A program made the position numbers and the translations under genes. The notes beneath the pieces are model-generated. The model had not been told where the DNA came from and did no database searches. It saw only the letters and a list, made by a program, of their open reading frames with translations. A stretch of 32,000 nt of DNA from an uncultured Eubacteriales bacterium. Its GTDB lineage: Bacteria; Bacillota; Clostridia; Oscillospirales; Oscillospiraceae. The stretch spans positions 3,891,845-3,923,844 of the forward strand of contig OW818648.1 in NCBI GenBank assembly GCA_942492735.1, in the 5' to 3' direction. This document shows positions 1-8,705 of this stretch, piece by piece (positions within the stretch are counted from its first letter, which is position 1; every line of letters starts with the position of its first letter).

Positions 1-53
1 ATACGCGCGTATTTCAGCATCATGCCAATAGAGCGCATGGCCTGTTTAAGCAA
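1..53 (-). CDS. 5' end of an unidentified CDS that runs off the left window edge
   Basis: The reverse-strand frame is open to position 1. A GGGAGG Shine-Dalgarno (68..62) lies 8 nt upstream of TTG at 53..51. An in-frame ATG at 83..81 is the alternative, but it abuts the upstream terminator tail. Fewer than 30 codons are visible, so the product cannot be identified. Confidence 0.3.
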   Translation of the reverse strand, partial: MLKQAMRSIGMMLKYAR

Positions 54-83
54 AACTGTGACCTCCCTATCTGTTTCGGTCAT

Positions 84-115
84 AATAAAAACCGCCTCTG
101 ATAAAGCAGAGACGG
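84..115 (-). terminator. Rho-independent terminator after the small ORF 138..278
   Basis: Read on the minus strand: CCGTCTCTG-cttatc loop-CAGAGGCGG (9-bp stem, 1 mismatch), followed by TTTTTATT. Confidence 0.5.
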
Positions 116-137
116 CAAATATCCGAATATACAACGT

Positions 138-278
138 TTACATATCAACGCTGATGGGCGGACAAATGTCATATCGCTTTAGCATTTTGTAAATACGGTC
201 ATACTTACCGGTTTTACCACTCTGCAATTGAGCGCACGGGTGCAGCACAACAGAAAGAATCCTCTTCATGTTTGTCAT
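138..278 (-). CDS. Small hypothetical protein, 46 aa (MTNMKRILSVVLHPCAQLQSGKTGKYDRIYKMLKRYDICPPISVDM); below the ORF-track cutoff
   Basis: ATG at 278..276 is preceded by GGAGGTGGA (291..283). It has its own consensus promoter upstream and a terminator downstream. I recognise no family. Confidence 0.45.
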   Translation of the reverse strand: MTNMKRILSVVLHPCAQLQSGKTGKYDRIYKMLKRYDICPPISVDM

Positions 279-315
279 TTTGTCCACCTCCTTCATACAT
301 TAGATAATTATACAG

Positions 316-344
316 ATATTACCACGCTGGGGAATTCATGTCAA
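316..344 (-). promoter_or_regulatory. Sigma-A type promoter TTGACA-17-TAATAT
   Basis: On the minus strand, -35 TTGACA is at 344..339 and -10 TAATAT at 321..316, with a 17-nt spacer. It sits directly upstream of the small ORF 138..278. Confidence 0.55.
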
Positions 345-360
345 GCCAGGATTGTGCAGT

Positions 361-1038
361 TTATACACCTTCGCTGTCCCCTCGTCTGAGCCGGACCGCT
401 AAATAATGGCCGATGCAGACGAACAGCCCCATAACCGCGATGTAATCCAGAAAGAATAGGATTAGCGGTTCATCAAAATCAAAGAATACAAACTGGTTTT
501 TTAGAAACATATAGGAGCCGATATCCTGCGCAACAAAGGCATAAACACCGTATCCGGCGATTAAAGCAGCTAAACAGCCCAAAACAATCCGACGAATGCG
601 GGAGGGCTGCTTTGTGAGTTTTCGTGCCATTGCCATCATCATAGTCCAGTGTAGTCCAAGGTGCAGCGACATCAGGACGAAGCCCCAATACGAGCAGAGC
701 ATATGAACTGTTCTTGCCAAACTTCTGCCGCCACTGATTTGCAGGAAATGAAACACATGACGGGAGAGCACAATACCACTGACCATAAGACCAACCATCA
801 CAGCAAATACAGACACAGCAATGACTGTCTGCGCGACACGAAAGGCGGTATATTTGCCTTTCAGCAGATTTTTGCTCCATTTGAAATTGAGGATATGATG
901 CAGGATGAACAGCAAAAACATGCCTGCACCAAGCCACTCATGGGCTGTCTGTCCCACAAGCGCATGTGCCATCAGAAGCAGCATGGCGATTGTCATAACG
1001 ATATCGGAGGTAATTTTCAGTGCCATTTTGGGCTTCAT
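361..1038 (-). CDS. DUF4405-like polytopic membrane protein with conserved His residues in the TM helices (cytochrome b / MsrQ-like candidate)
   Basis: 225-aa ORF with about 5-6 hydrophobic helices. His-rich TM segments include MAHALVGQTAHEW, LFILHHILNFKW and SLHLGLHW. It is the last gene of the co-directional operon. Confidence 0.7.
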   Translation of the reverse strand: MKPKMALKITSDIVMTIAMLLLMAHALVGQTAHEWLGAGMFLLFILHHILNFKWSKNLLKGKYTAFRVAQTVIAVSVFAVMVGLMVSGIVLSRHVFHFLQISGGRSLARTVHMLCSYWGFVLMSLHLGLHWTMMMAMARKLTKQPSRIRRIVLGCLAALIAGYGVYAFVAQDIGSYMFLKNQFVFFDFDEPLILFFLDYIAVMGLFVCIGHYLAVRLRRGDSEGV

Positions 1039-1128
1039 ATCAATGCTTCCCTCTGCGTTCTAGTCTTACCGACGGTGTGAGAACTATTGCTTCTGTGCCG
1101 GCTGTGATAGATAGATGGCTCTATGCTA

Positions 1129-1836
1129 TTAATACCCCAGACCTTTCAGCCAATCTGCCACATCTCCAGCGGCATCTGTCACATTGCGCTCACTGACTGT
1201 AAAGCCATCGGTTATTATCGTAGCATTCGGCTCCAGTTCCTGAATGGTCTCAATAGTGCTGGAAAAGCGGCTGCCGTTGTGCGTGTTAAATGGAATAATC
1301 GTTTTGCCTGCAAAGTCATACTCATCGAAAAAGCTGTACATCACCATTGGCATATCATACCACCAGTTCGGATAACCGATAATAACGATATCGTAATCAT
1401 CCAAGTTCTCAATGTGCGTGATAAGCTCCGGACGCGCGCCAGCATCCTGTTCCTCTGCTGCAAAATCGATAAGCTCGCCGCCGTTTCCGGGGTATTCTAC
1501 CGAGGTTTGGATGGAAAAGAGGTCTCCGCCCGTCTCGCTCTGAATCATATCTGCGACAGCGCGGACACGGCCTTTTGCCTCGCCGTTTACGGTGACAAAG
1601 CTGGCAGACGAAATAGCGTCCACAACGCTGTTTTCTGCCACGGCAAAATAAGCAATCAGAATCATCGGACTAACCGTTACTGTAGGTACTGGCTCTGTCT
1701 GATTGTTTGCCGCTCCCGTCTGCTCTGATAGTGTACCACTGCTTTCCGTTTCAGTGTTCGTCAACGCAGTTGCTCCACAGGCAGCAAGACTGTATACCAT
1801 AGCGATACAGAGAAAAAGCGCAATCGTTCTTTTCAT
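1129..1836 (-). CDS. Flavodoxin-like protein with an N-terminal lipoprotein signal peptide (predicted extracytoplasmic)
   Basis: The N-terminus is MKRTIALFLCIAMVYSLAAC with lipobox LAAC, followed by a Thr/Ser/Glu-rich linker. The flavodoxin-like core is ILIAYF ... IIGYPNWWYDMPMVMYSFFDEYDFAGKTIIPFNTHNGS. It is clearly paralogous to the signal-less flavodoxin at 8706..9245. Confidence 0.8.
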   Translation of the reverse strand: MKRTIALFLCIAMVYSLAACGATALTNTETESSGTLSEQTGAANNQTEPVPTVTVSPMILIAYFAVAENSVVDAISSASFVTVNGEAKGRVRAVADMIQSETGGDLFSIQTSVEYPGNGGELIDFAAEEQDAGARPELITHIENLDDYDIVIIGYPNWWYDMPMVMYSFFDEYDFAGKTIIPFNTHNGSRFSSTIETIQELEPNATIITDGFTVSERNVTDAAGDVADWLKGLGY

Positions 1837-1880
1837 GAAATATCCCTTTCATACATGTTGTTCTCTGCGTGTAAACAGGA

Positions 1881-2918
1881 TCAACTGTTTTGCTGCTTTT
1901 CCCAAAAAGCAACTGCATCATCGAGCCATCCTTCTGCAGATGTACCGATTCCCAATCCGAAGCCATGGCCGAGATTTGGATATTTGTGAAACGCCGTATC
2001 AATTCCCAAACGGCGCAGCGCCTCAATACGCCGTTCCATTGAGCGCCAGCTTGCGATCCCGTCATCTTCGCCCACACAGGCAAAAGTGGGAGGATCGCTT
2101 TCCGTGTAATCCGTATGGCCGGTGTACTGCATGATAACCGCCCCGGGTCTCTGCAGATTGTCCGCACCGAAGGCCGCCGGGCCGTAGGAGCCGAGATACG
2201 CCGCCATTCTTGCGCCTGCCGAACCGCCCCAGAGGGAGTAGCAGTCCGTGTTGATATCCAGTTCTTCGGCATTTTCAAAAATAAAGGAGATTGCCGCAGC
2301 CAAATCCTCGCAGGCTACGTCCGAACCGCCGCTGCGGTATTGCAGGGCAAACGCGTTGTATCCTTTCCGGCAGAGTGCCAGTGCATGGGGGAAACTCTCA
2401 TGGATCGATCCTACATAGGAAAAACCGCCGCCGGCACTCACAACAGAAAAAGGCGCATCCGGTTCACCCCGGAAGAAGAACAGCCCAGTATTCTCTTTGC
2501 TGGGATCCACCTGCCTTTCCTCTTCGGTGTAAATGTTATAAAAAATGGTTTGTCCCTTGTTGACGATATCCAGCATAGAATTCAGTACATCTACCGTTGT
2601 CGCCGTGTCGATATGGGTATGATAAGGCAGCAGCGCGTCAATGTTATTAAGTTTCATACTGCCGTCTGGCAGCCCGCGTTCCGTCGGGAACAAAAAACGG
2701 CCAAAGTCCTCAAAAGCAGGATAATTAATTATCTCTAAGACACTTGTGTCTGCATTTATATACACAAAGTCTCCTTGCTCATTGCTTTGCGTTGCTAAGT
2801 ATTCGGTTGAAGCCTCTGTCGCCACATCCTCGCTGCCTTGCTCCTGCTCATTAGGCGCATAGCTGGAAAAGCAAAAAAGCAGCAGCGCAAGCAATATGGC
2901 AAGTCTCCAATTCTTCAT
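1881..2918 (-). CDS. Secreted or membrane-anchored alpha/beta hydrolase (esterase/lipase type)
   Basis: 345 aa with a hydrophobic N-terminal signal (MKNWRLAILLALLLFCFSS). It has a nucleophile-elbow-like SLWGGSAGARMAA and a C-terminal His motif (YPNLGHGFG). Its ATG forms an ATGA overlap with the kinase stop (2915..2918). Confidence 0.75.
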   Translation of the reverse strand: MKNWRLAILLALLLFCFSSYAPNEQEQGSEDVATEASTEYLATQSNEQGDFVYINADTSVLEIINYPAFEDFGRFLFPTERGLPDGSMKLNNIDALLPYHTHIDTATTVDVLNSMLDIVNKGQTIFYNIYTEEERQVDPSKENTGLFFFRGEPDAPFSVVSAGGGFSYVGSIHESFPHALALCRKGYNAFALQYRSGGSDVACEDLAAAISFIFENAEELDINTDCYSLWGGSAGARMAAYLGSYGPAAFGADNLQRPGAVIMQYTGHTDYTESDPPTFACVGEDDGIASWRSMERRIEALRRLGIDTAFHKYPNLGHGFGLGIGTSAEGWLDDAVAFWEKQQNS

Positions 2919-4369
2919 ACGGTCTTCGAGATGCTGTCAGGGCACTCAAACCAAAAAACTGTCAAGCCGTCGTGACAGTCCAAACCATACAGCATTCCGT
3001 GTGCTTTGAGAATGGTGCTGACGATGGACAAACCGATACCGGTTCCTTGCTTGCGGCCGCCCTGATGCTGGCTGCGCTGATAGCGTTCCCAGATCAGCTC
3101 TCTTTCTTCCTCCGGGATTTCCTCTCCGGGATTGATAACAGACACACGAACACCGTTGACAGCATCCGTTATTTTTACCGTGATCGTCCCGCCATCTTGC
3201 GTATGGTTGATGGCGTTGTATAACAAATTTCGGATCACCTGACTGATTTTCAACGCGTCCAACAGTGCGGGTATGTCGGTTTTGGCACTGTCAAGGCCAA
3301 GGCTGATATTATTTTCCCGCGCGCTTTTTTCGCAGTTCATGACCTCGGATTCCACAATCTCGTAGAGATTATACACATCCTTTTTTAGCGGCATATAACC
3401 GGCCTGAAGCTGGGAATAGTCCATGATGTCATTGACCATTTCAGTCATTCGTTTGGATTCCGAAATGATGAGATTAAGATTTTCATTCCGATTGGTGCTG
3501 TCATTCCATGTGAGGTCCCGCACCATTTCGGCATATCCGCCGATGAGCGCCAGCGGTGACCGGAGCTCATGGGATACATTGGCGATGACTTCTTTGCGCA
3601 ATACATCAACGCGCTGCAACTCCTGTCCCAAAATATCAACCGAGTCGGAGAGCTGACCCAGCTCGTCTCTGCGCTTCAGACCGGGCTTGGCGCTCAAGTC
3701 ACCCTTCGCCAATTCATCCACCGTGCTCTTTATGGAGAATATCGGCTTGGTAAATCGTCTGGAAAAGAGCGCCGCTAAAACCGAAGCCACCACCGTCAAT
3801 AGAACACTCAGGATGATAAGCTGTATTCGGTTGACGTCGAGCATCGCATAAATGTCGGATAGAGAATGATTCAGAATCACATACGCGTCCTGCCCGTCAT
3901 ATCGTACAGGAACACCGATATAGACCCACGCAGCGGAAACACCATAAGTTTTCGTTTCGGTAAACAGCTCACGATTCAGGGCTTTGGCATAGAGTTCGCT
4001 GTTTTGAACGGAGTCCCAGGCAGCTTTGATCGTGCTGTCGTTTTTCAGATCCAGCGGATGTCCCATGCTATAGGCGCCGATCAGCGCTCCCTGATCGTTC
4101 ACCAGCAGCATTTTGCCGTTCACCGACATGCTCAGGAAAAAAAGCAATTCCGCGTCATCGGAAAGATCGGATTCAGCAAGCCGTGGCTTCAAATCTTCGA
4201 CCTTGCTTTCCACATCATAAACGGCGGCGTTTATATAGTTTTGGTTAAACAGGAAAACCTGTGCCACCCAAATGAAAGCGACTGCCAGCAGCACCAGCGC
4301 CATCATCAGTGCCCACAGGCGAAACACCATCCTGTGAAAGAGTGTTGTTTTACGGTCATTCTTCTGCAT
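2915..4369 (-). CDS. Sensor histidine kinase (two TM helices, extracytoplasmic loop, HAMP, HisKA, HATPase)
   Basis: Motifs seen: H-box VSHELRSPL, N-box NLLYNAINHT and G-box GTGIGLSIV. I place the start at ATG 4369 (MQKNDRKTT...), which overlaps the regulator stop by 14 nt. The track ORF extends further, to 4486. Confidence 0.9.
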   Translation of the reverse strand: MQKNDRKTTLFHRMVFRLWALMMALVLLAVAFIWVAQVFLFNQNYINAAVYDVESKVEDLKPRLAESDLSDDAELLFFLSMSVNGKMLLVNDQGALIGAYSMGHPLDLKNDSTIKAAWDSVQNSELYAKALNRELFTETKTYGVSAAWVYIGVPVRYDGQDAYVILNHSLSDIYAMLDVNRIQLIILSVLLTVVASVLAALFSRRFTKPIFSIKSTVDELAKGDLSAKPGLKRRDELGQLSDSVDILGQELQRVDVLRKEVIANVSHELRSPLALIGGYAEMVRDLTWNDSTNRNENLNLIISESKRMTEMVNDIMDYSQLQAGYMPLKKDVYNLYEIVESEVMNCEKSARENNISLGLDSAKTDIPALLDALKISQVIRNLLYNAINHTQDGGTITVKITDAVNGVRVSVINPGEEIPEEERELIWERYQRSQHQGGRKQGTGIGLSIVSTILKAHGMLYGLDCHDGLTVFWFECPDSISKTV

Positions 4370-5027
4370 ATTCAAATTTATACCCCACCCCCCAGACTGT
4401 TTGGATGTATTTGCGATAAAGACCCAGATGCTCACGCAACGCTTTGATATGCGTGTCCACTGTTCTGGTATCTCCAAAATAGTCAAATCCCCACACTGTC
4501 TCCAGCAGCTGCTCGCGGCTTAGAACGATATGCTCATTCTGAACCAGCTTGAGCAATAGATCAAACTCTTTTGGAGGCAAGGAAATCCTGTTTCCGGAAA
4601 TGGACACCGTTCTCGCTTCGGGGGTGATTCGCAGCTGGCCGTATTCCAGAGCTTCCCCATATTTCCGACTCGTTCGTTTGAGTACCGCGCTCACACGGGC
4701 CATCAGTTCCTTGGGACTGAACGGCTTGGAAACGTAATCATCTGCTCCGAGATTAAAGCCCAGCAGCTTGTCGTATTCCTCGTTTTTCGCGGTCATCATA
4801 ATCACCGGCACCTGACTGATCTCTCGGATTTTCGCCAGCACTTCAAAGCCGTCGATGCCCGGCATCATAACGTCCAGCAAAATCAAATCGTAGGCCGTTG
4901 TATGGATGTGTTCAAGCGCCTTGGCGCCTGTCCTCGCCTCATCACATTGATATCCTGCAACATCCGCATATGTCAGCACCAGCTTTCGTAAATGCAGATC
5001 GTCGTCCACAATCAGCAGCTTTACCAT
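4356..5027 (-). CDS. OmpR/PhoB-family response regulator
   Basis: The receiver domain has IVDDD ... LILLDVMMPGIDG ... MMTAK. The C-terminal winged helix has LSLPPKEFDLLLKL ... VWGVGYKF. Confidence 0.92.
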   Translation of the reverse strand: MVKLLIVDDDLHLRKLVLTYADVAGYQCDEARTGAKALEHIHTTAYDLILLDVMMPGIDGFEVLAKIREISQVPVIMMTAKNEEYDKLLGFNLGADDYVSKPFSPKELMARVSAVLKRTSRKYGEALEYGQLRITPEARTVSISGNRISLPPKEFDLLLKLVQNEHIVLSREQLLETVWGFDYFGDTRTVDTHIKALREHLGLYRKYIQTVWGVGYKFEYAEE

Positions 5028-5207
5028 TGTTCATCCCTTCCCTTTGTGCCCAGTATAGCATTCTTAAAAAGAACGTGATAGACATCTCACAGAAATCTGC
5101 GACTTTACTCACACTTTCAACACATGTTTTCCTTATGCTGTCAAAGATAGTCAAGTGGTATCGCCCAAAAACGCATATTGAGAGCTATGAAAAGAAAGGA
5201 ATGCTGT

Positions 5208-6407
5208 ATGATTAAAAGACTAATTTTTACTTTGCTGGCAGCTGTTTTTACATTGTCACTCTCCGCATGCGGCAGTACGCAAACTGTCGCTCCCCAAACG
5301 CCTGTGACGGCGATAACCAACGCCCCGGCGGAACCCACATCCCCCGAGGTAACCGTATCTCCAGAGATAGCCGTATCTCCAGAGATAGCCGTATCTCCAG
5401 AGATAACCGTATCTCCGGGGGTATCTGCGTCCCCACCGGAATCACAGAATACCGGTGCCATTGACGGCCCATCGATCACGACGAATGGCGGAAGCCAGAT
5501 TCCCCTGTCCGCGCTTGAGTATGCGACGGATGCTGTAGACGCTTCAACGGTCTACTTTACCAACGAGATTTCGTCCGAGGCGCTGATGGAGATTTATGCG
5601 GCGTTGGATTGGACGCCCACCGGCAAGGTGGCGGTCAAATTGTCAACCGGCGAGCCGCCCAACAGCAATTACCTCGACCCGGACCTTATCAAAGAGCTGG
5701 TGCAATCAGTATCAGGCACCATCGTGGAATGCAACACGGCTTACGGCGGCTCACGCGCCAGCACCGCCATGCATATGCAGGTAGCTGAGGATCACGGCTA
5801 TACCGCGATAGCGGACGTCGACATTCTGGACGCGGACGGCTCCATGAGCCTGCCCGTTACCGGCGGTACACAGTTAACTGAAAATCTGGTCGGCAGCCAC
5901 TTTGCTGATTATGACGCCTACCTGGTGCTTTCCCACTTTAAGGGACACGCCATGGCGGGATTCGGCGGCGCCATCAAAAACATTTCAATTGGGCTGGGTT
6001 CTCAGGAAGGCAAATGTCTGATCCACACTGCCGGCGAAAACCACACCAATCCTTTTGCCGGTGAACAGGATAGCTTTCTGGAATCCATGGGGGATGCCGG
6101 AAAATCCGTCTCCGATTCGCTTGGCAACGGGGATCAAATCGTCTATATCAGCGTCATGAACCATCTTTCGGTGGACTGCGACTGTAACGGTAATCCTGCT
6201 GAAGCGGATATCCACGATATTGGCATACTGGCCTCCACCGACCCCGTAGCTCTGGATCAGGCCTGCATCGATCTGGTCTATGCGTCCGAAGGTAAAGAAT
6301 CATTGGTTGCCCGCATTGAAAGCCGGAACGGCCTGCATACGCTGGAGAACGCCGAGACGATCGGCCTTGGCAGCCGAACTTACCTTCTTGTGCGCATTGA
6401 TGAGTAA
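5208..6407 (+). CDS. Exported DUF362-like lipoprotein with a repetitive Pro/Ser/Val/Glu linker
   Basis: AAAGGAA lies 7 nt before ATG 5208. The signal is MIKRLIFTLLAAVFTLSLSAC with lipobox LSAC. The core motifs resemble DUF362: ECNTAYGGSR, SHFKGHAMAGFGGAIKNISIG and VDCDCNGNP. The track ORF starts at 5178. Confidence 0.75.
   Translation: MIKRLIFTLLAAVFTLSLSACGSTQTVAPQTPVTAITNAPAEPTSPEVTVSPEIAVSPEIAVSPEITVSPGVSASPPESQNTGAIDGPSITTNGGSQIPLSALEYATDAVDASTVYFTNEISSEALMEIYAALDWTPTGKVAVKLSTGEPPNSNYLDPDLIKELVQSVSGTIVECNTAYGGSRASTAMHMQVAEDHGYTAIADVDILDADGSMSLPVTGGTQLTENLVGSHFADYDAYLVLSHFKGHAMAGFGGAIKNISIGLGSQEGKCLIHTAGENHTNPFAGEQDSFLESMGDAGKSVSDSLGNGDQIVYISVMNHLSVDCDCNGNPAEADIHDIGILASTDPVALDQACIDLVYASEGKESLVARIESRNGLHTLENAETIGLGSRTYLLVRIDE
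5351..5422 (+). repeat. Four tandem copies of an 18-bp unit (A[A/G]CCGTATCTCCAGAGAT), in frame
   Basis: The units are 5351-5368, 5369-5386, 5387-5404 and 5405-5422 (the last is degenerate). They encode (I/V)(T/A)VSPE repeats in the lipoprotein linker. Confidence 0.95.
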
Positions 6408-6464
6408 AAAAGCAACTTCCCGCCGCCGCTAAGTTGACACAATACGACAGAACGGTAAAGATAC

Positions 6465-7364
6465 ATGGATATTTTGCGACGTGAGTTTATTTACATATGG
6501 TATTACTTTACCGTGCAACTGGAACAGATTTTCTGGTATTGGGTCATTGGCATCGTCATAGGCTCGATGATTTCCGTATTTGCAAAGAAAAAAATCCACA
6601 GTCTGTTTGGTTCCATGACGAATAAAAAGTGGGGAATCCTCGGCGTGATTCCGGCGAGTCTGTTGGGCATCGCCTCGCCACTGTGTATGTACGGCACCAT
6701 TCCAATCGCCGCATCCTTTGCAAACAAGGGAATGCGGCAGGACTGGCTGGCCGCATTCATGATGAGTTCGATGCTGCTCAATCCTCAGCTGATCATATAC
6801 AGCGCAGCTCTAGGCCAAACCGCGTTTATTGTTCGCATTATCTCCTGCGGTCTGTGCGGCATTACGGCGGGGCTGCTGGTCTTCGTGTTTTATCGGGATA
6901 AAAAATTCTTTCGCTTCGACGGCTTTGAGGAACAACAGAGCCGGGACACAGATCCTAACATCGTTGTGCGCCTGCTAAAGAATATCGGCAGAAATCTGAA
7001 GGCCACAGGAGGGTATTTTTTGATAGGTATACTCCTGGCGGCGCTGTTTCAACGGTATGTGCCCTCGGATGCGTTTGCCGGTCTGTTCGGGAACAACAAT
7101 GGGTTTGGCGTGCTGCTGGCGGCCACCATTGGCGTACCCCTCTATATCTGCGGAGGCGGTACCATTCCGCTTTTGCAGGATTGGCTGATGAGCGGTATGA
7201 GTTTGGGCAGCGCCGCAGCATTTATGATCACCGGCCCTGCCACAAAGATCACCAACCTGGGGGCTGTTAAGATTGTCCTTGGCATCAGGCATTTTGTGAT
7301 TTACCTTCTGTATACAATTCTGTTTGCCGTCACATCCGGACTTGTTGTTGATATGGTTCTATGA
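6465..7364 (+). CDS. Polytopic permease (UPF0718 / ArsP_1-like predicted permease)
   Basis: 299 aa with about 8 TM helices. The motif LGIASPLCMYGTIPIAASF is typical of this permease family. It lies 57 nt downstream of the DUF362 gene on the same strand. Confidence 0.65.
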   Translation: MDILRREFIYIWYYFTVQLEQIFWYWVIGIVIGSMISVFAKKKIHSLFGSMTNKKWGILGVIPASLLGIASPLCMYGTIPIAASFANKGMRQDWLAAFMMSSMLLNPQLIIYSAALGQTAFIVRIISCGLCGITAGLLVFVFYRDKKFFRFDGFEEQQSRDTDPNIVVRLLKNIGRNLKATGGYFLIGILLAALFQRYVPSDAFAGLFGNNNGFGVLLAATIGVPLYICGGGTIPLLQDWLMSGMSLGSAAAFMITGPATKITNLGAVKIVLGIRHFVIYLLYTILFAVTSGLVVDMVL

Positions 7365-7488
7365 GTTGTGCCATGCTTGATAATTGTGCGTTAAGAATAA
7401 TTCATTGCATAATGGGATTTTGACTTTGGGTGGAACCGGAATATGGTTAATTGTCAGGAGAACCAGATCGAATGAGGAGGTACGAAGA

Positions 7489-8532
7489 TTGAGAGCAAAA
7501 AGAATACTCGGAATTACTGTAGTGTCGATGTTTCTTATCGGTTTGCTTGGGGCATGTGGCAGCCGGAATACATCGGATGCTACTTCTGCATCCGATGTAC
7601 AGGATAATGCAGTCAGTGATACAATTCAGGAGGCAGGAGCTGGCATGAACACGGGAGGCGGTACTGAGCATCCAGTTCCGCAGGAGATCGAAAAAATTCC
7701 TGAAGGGTATTTTAATGAATCGGAGCAGGCTGGAACATTGAAGGATCAATATTACAATACCTATGAATCCTTTTCTTATAATCAAAAATCAGAAGCGCTT
7801 AAGAAACACGCGGTCGTATATCTTCCTTATGGCTACAGCGAAAATCACAAATACGATGTGTTCTATCTGATGCATGGCGGGTGGGGCGATGAGACCAGGA
7901 CGCTCGGAACCCCGGACAATCCAGCTTCCTTTAAGAACGTCATTGATCATGCGATTGCTGCAGGCGAAATCAAACCGCTGATCATCGTATGTCCAACCTA
8001 TAACAATACAAATAAGGACGGTCTGGATTCCGCCAACTTTTCTATGGCGATGCAGCTGACGAGGAACTACCATAACGAGTTATTAAATGATCTGATCCCT
8101 GGGGTGGAAGGAACGTACAGCACCTATGCTGCGAGTACATCTGCAGATGATCTGATCGCTTCCCGTGATCACCGGGGCTTCGGTGGGTTTTCCATGGGAT
8201 CGGTCGCAACCTGGCGGACCTTCCAATATGGACTTGATTACTTTCACTATTTCCTACCGATGAGCTGCGGAACAACTCTGGATGATAAAGAGATCTTCGC
8301 TGCAGCTGACGGACATGATCCGGATGATTACTTTGTCTTTGTGATGACGGGAACCGACGATTTTGCGTACAGCTACGATAAGAACAGAACTGAACTGATG
8401 AGAACGTCTGCCGGTTTTACGGATGTGGATGATAAGGCAGACGGCAACTTTACGTTTCGTGTCAAAACGGGATATTCCCATAGCGGAACCCCTGCGATGG
8501 AATATACTTATAACGGGATGAAAGCATTCTAG
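7489..8532 (+). CDS. Lipoprotein esterase (putative esterase / CE1-like alpha/beta hydrolase)
   Basis: GAGGAGG lies 8 nt before TTG 7489. The lipobox is LLGAC and the nucleophile elbow is GFGGFSMGS. The motif YLMHGGWGDE is typical of the 'putative esterase' family. The track ORF starts at 7384. Confidence 0.75.
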   Translation: MRAKRILGITVVSMFLIGLLGACGSRNTSDATSASDVQDNAVSDTIQEAGAGMNTGGGTEHPVPQEIEKIPEGYFNESEQAGTLKDQYYNTYESFSYNQKSEALKKHAVVYLPYGYSENHKYDVFYLMHGGWGDETRTLGTPDNPASFKNVIDHAIAAGEIKPLIIVCPTYNNTNKDGLDSANFSMAMQLTRNYHNELLNDLIPGVEGTYSTYAASTSADDLIASRDHRGFGGFSMGSVATWRTFQYGLDYFHYFLPMSCGTTLDDKEIFAAADGHDPDDYFVFVMTGTDDFAYSYDKNRTELMRTSAGFTDVDDKADGNFTFRVKTGYSHSGTPAMEYTYNGMKAF

Positions 8533-8624
8533 AGCGGTGAAGATGTGCCATGCTGAAGTTTTCCTGGCTCTTAGCATATATATTTACAACGGTCACCGAA
8601 ATTATTGTTAATCATATAAAATAG

Positions 8625-8672
8625 AAAATCGCAAGAAGAAGGATCGGGAGTTCTTTCTTTTTGCGATTTTTT
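8625..8672. terminator. Bidirectional terminator between convergent genes
   Basis: The arms AAAATCGCAAGAAGAA and TTCTTTCTTTTTGCGATTTT pair, with A-runs and T-runs on both sides. Confidence 0.6.
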
Positions 8673-8705
8673 AAACATATTTATTGTTTTTTTACAGAGC
8701 TCGCT

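Noticed and set aside
4370-4486. N-terminal extensions of track ORFs: kinase to 4486, esterase from 7384, flavodoxin to 9296, oppB from 20786, oppF from 23774, SBP from 24781, pyk from 19102, recQ from 14630
   Set aside because: In each case an internal start with a proper Shine-Dalgarno, and/or a canonical protein N-terminus or signal peptide, is available. The extensions overlap upstream genes or lack ribosome-binding sites.
5351-5422. Considered whether the tandem repeats here and at 16253..16327 could be a CRISPR array or minisatellite
   Set aside because: The units are 15-18 bp, directly abutting with no spacers, and in frame within coding sequences. This is not CRISPR architecture.
5141-5479. 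Repeat-containing ORFs 5141..5479 and 5248..5472 (minus) and 5267..5464 (plus, other frame)
   Set aside because: They are generated by the 18-bp tandem repeat inside the DUF362 lipoprotein gene. They have no independent start signals and overlap a well-supported CDS.
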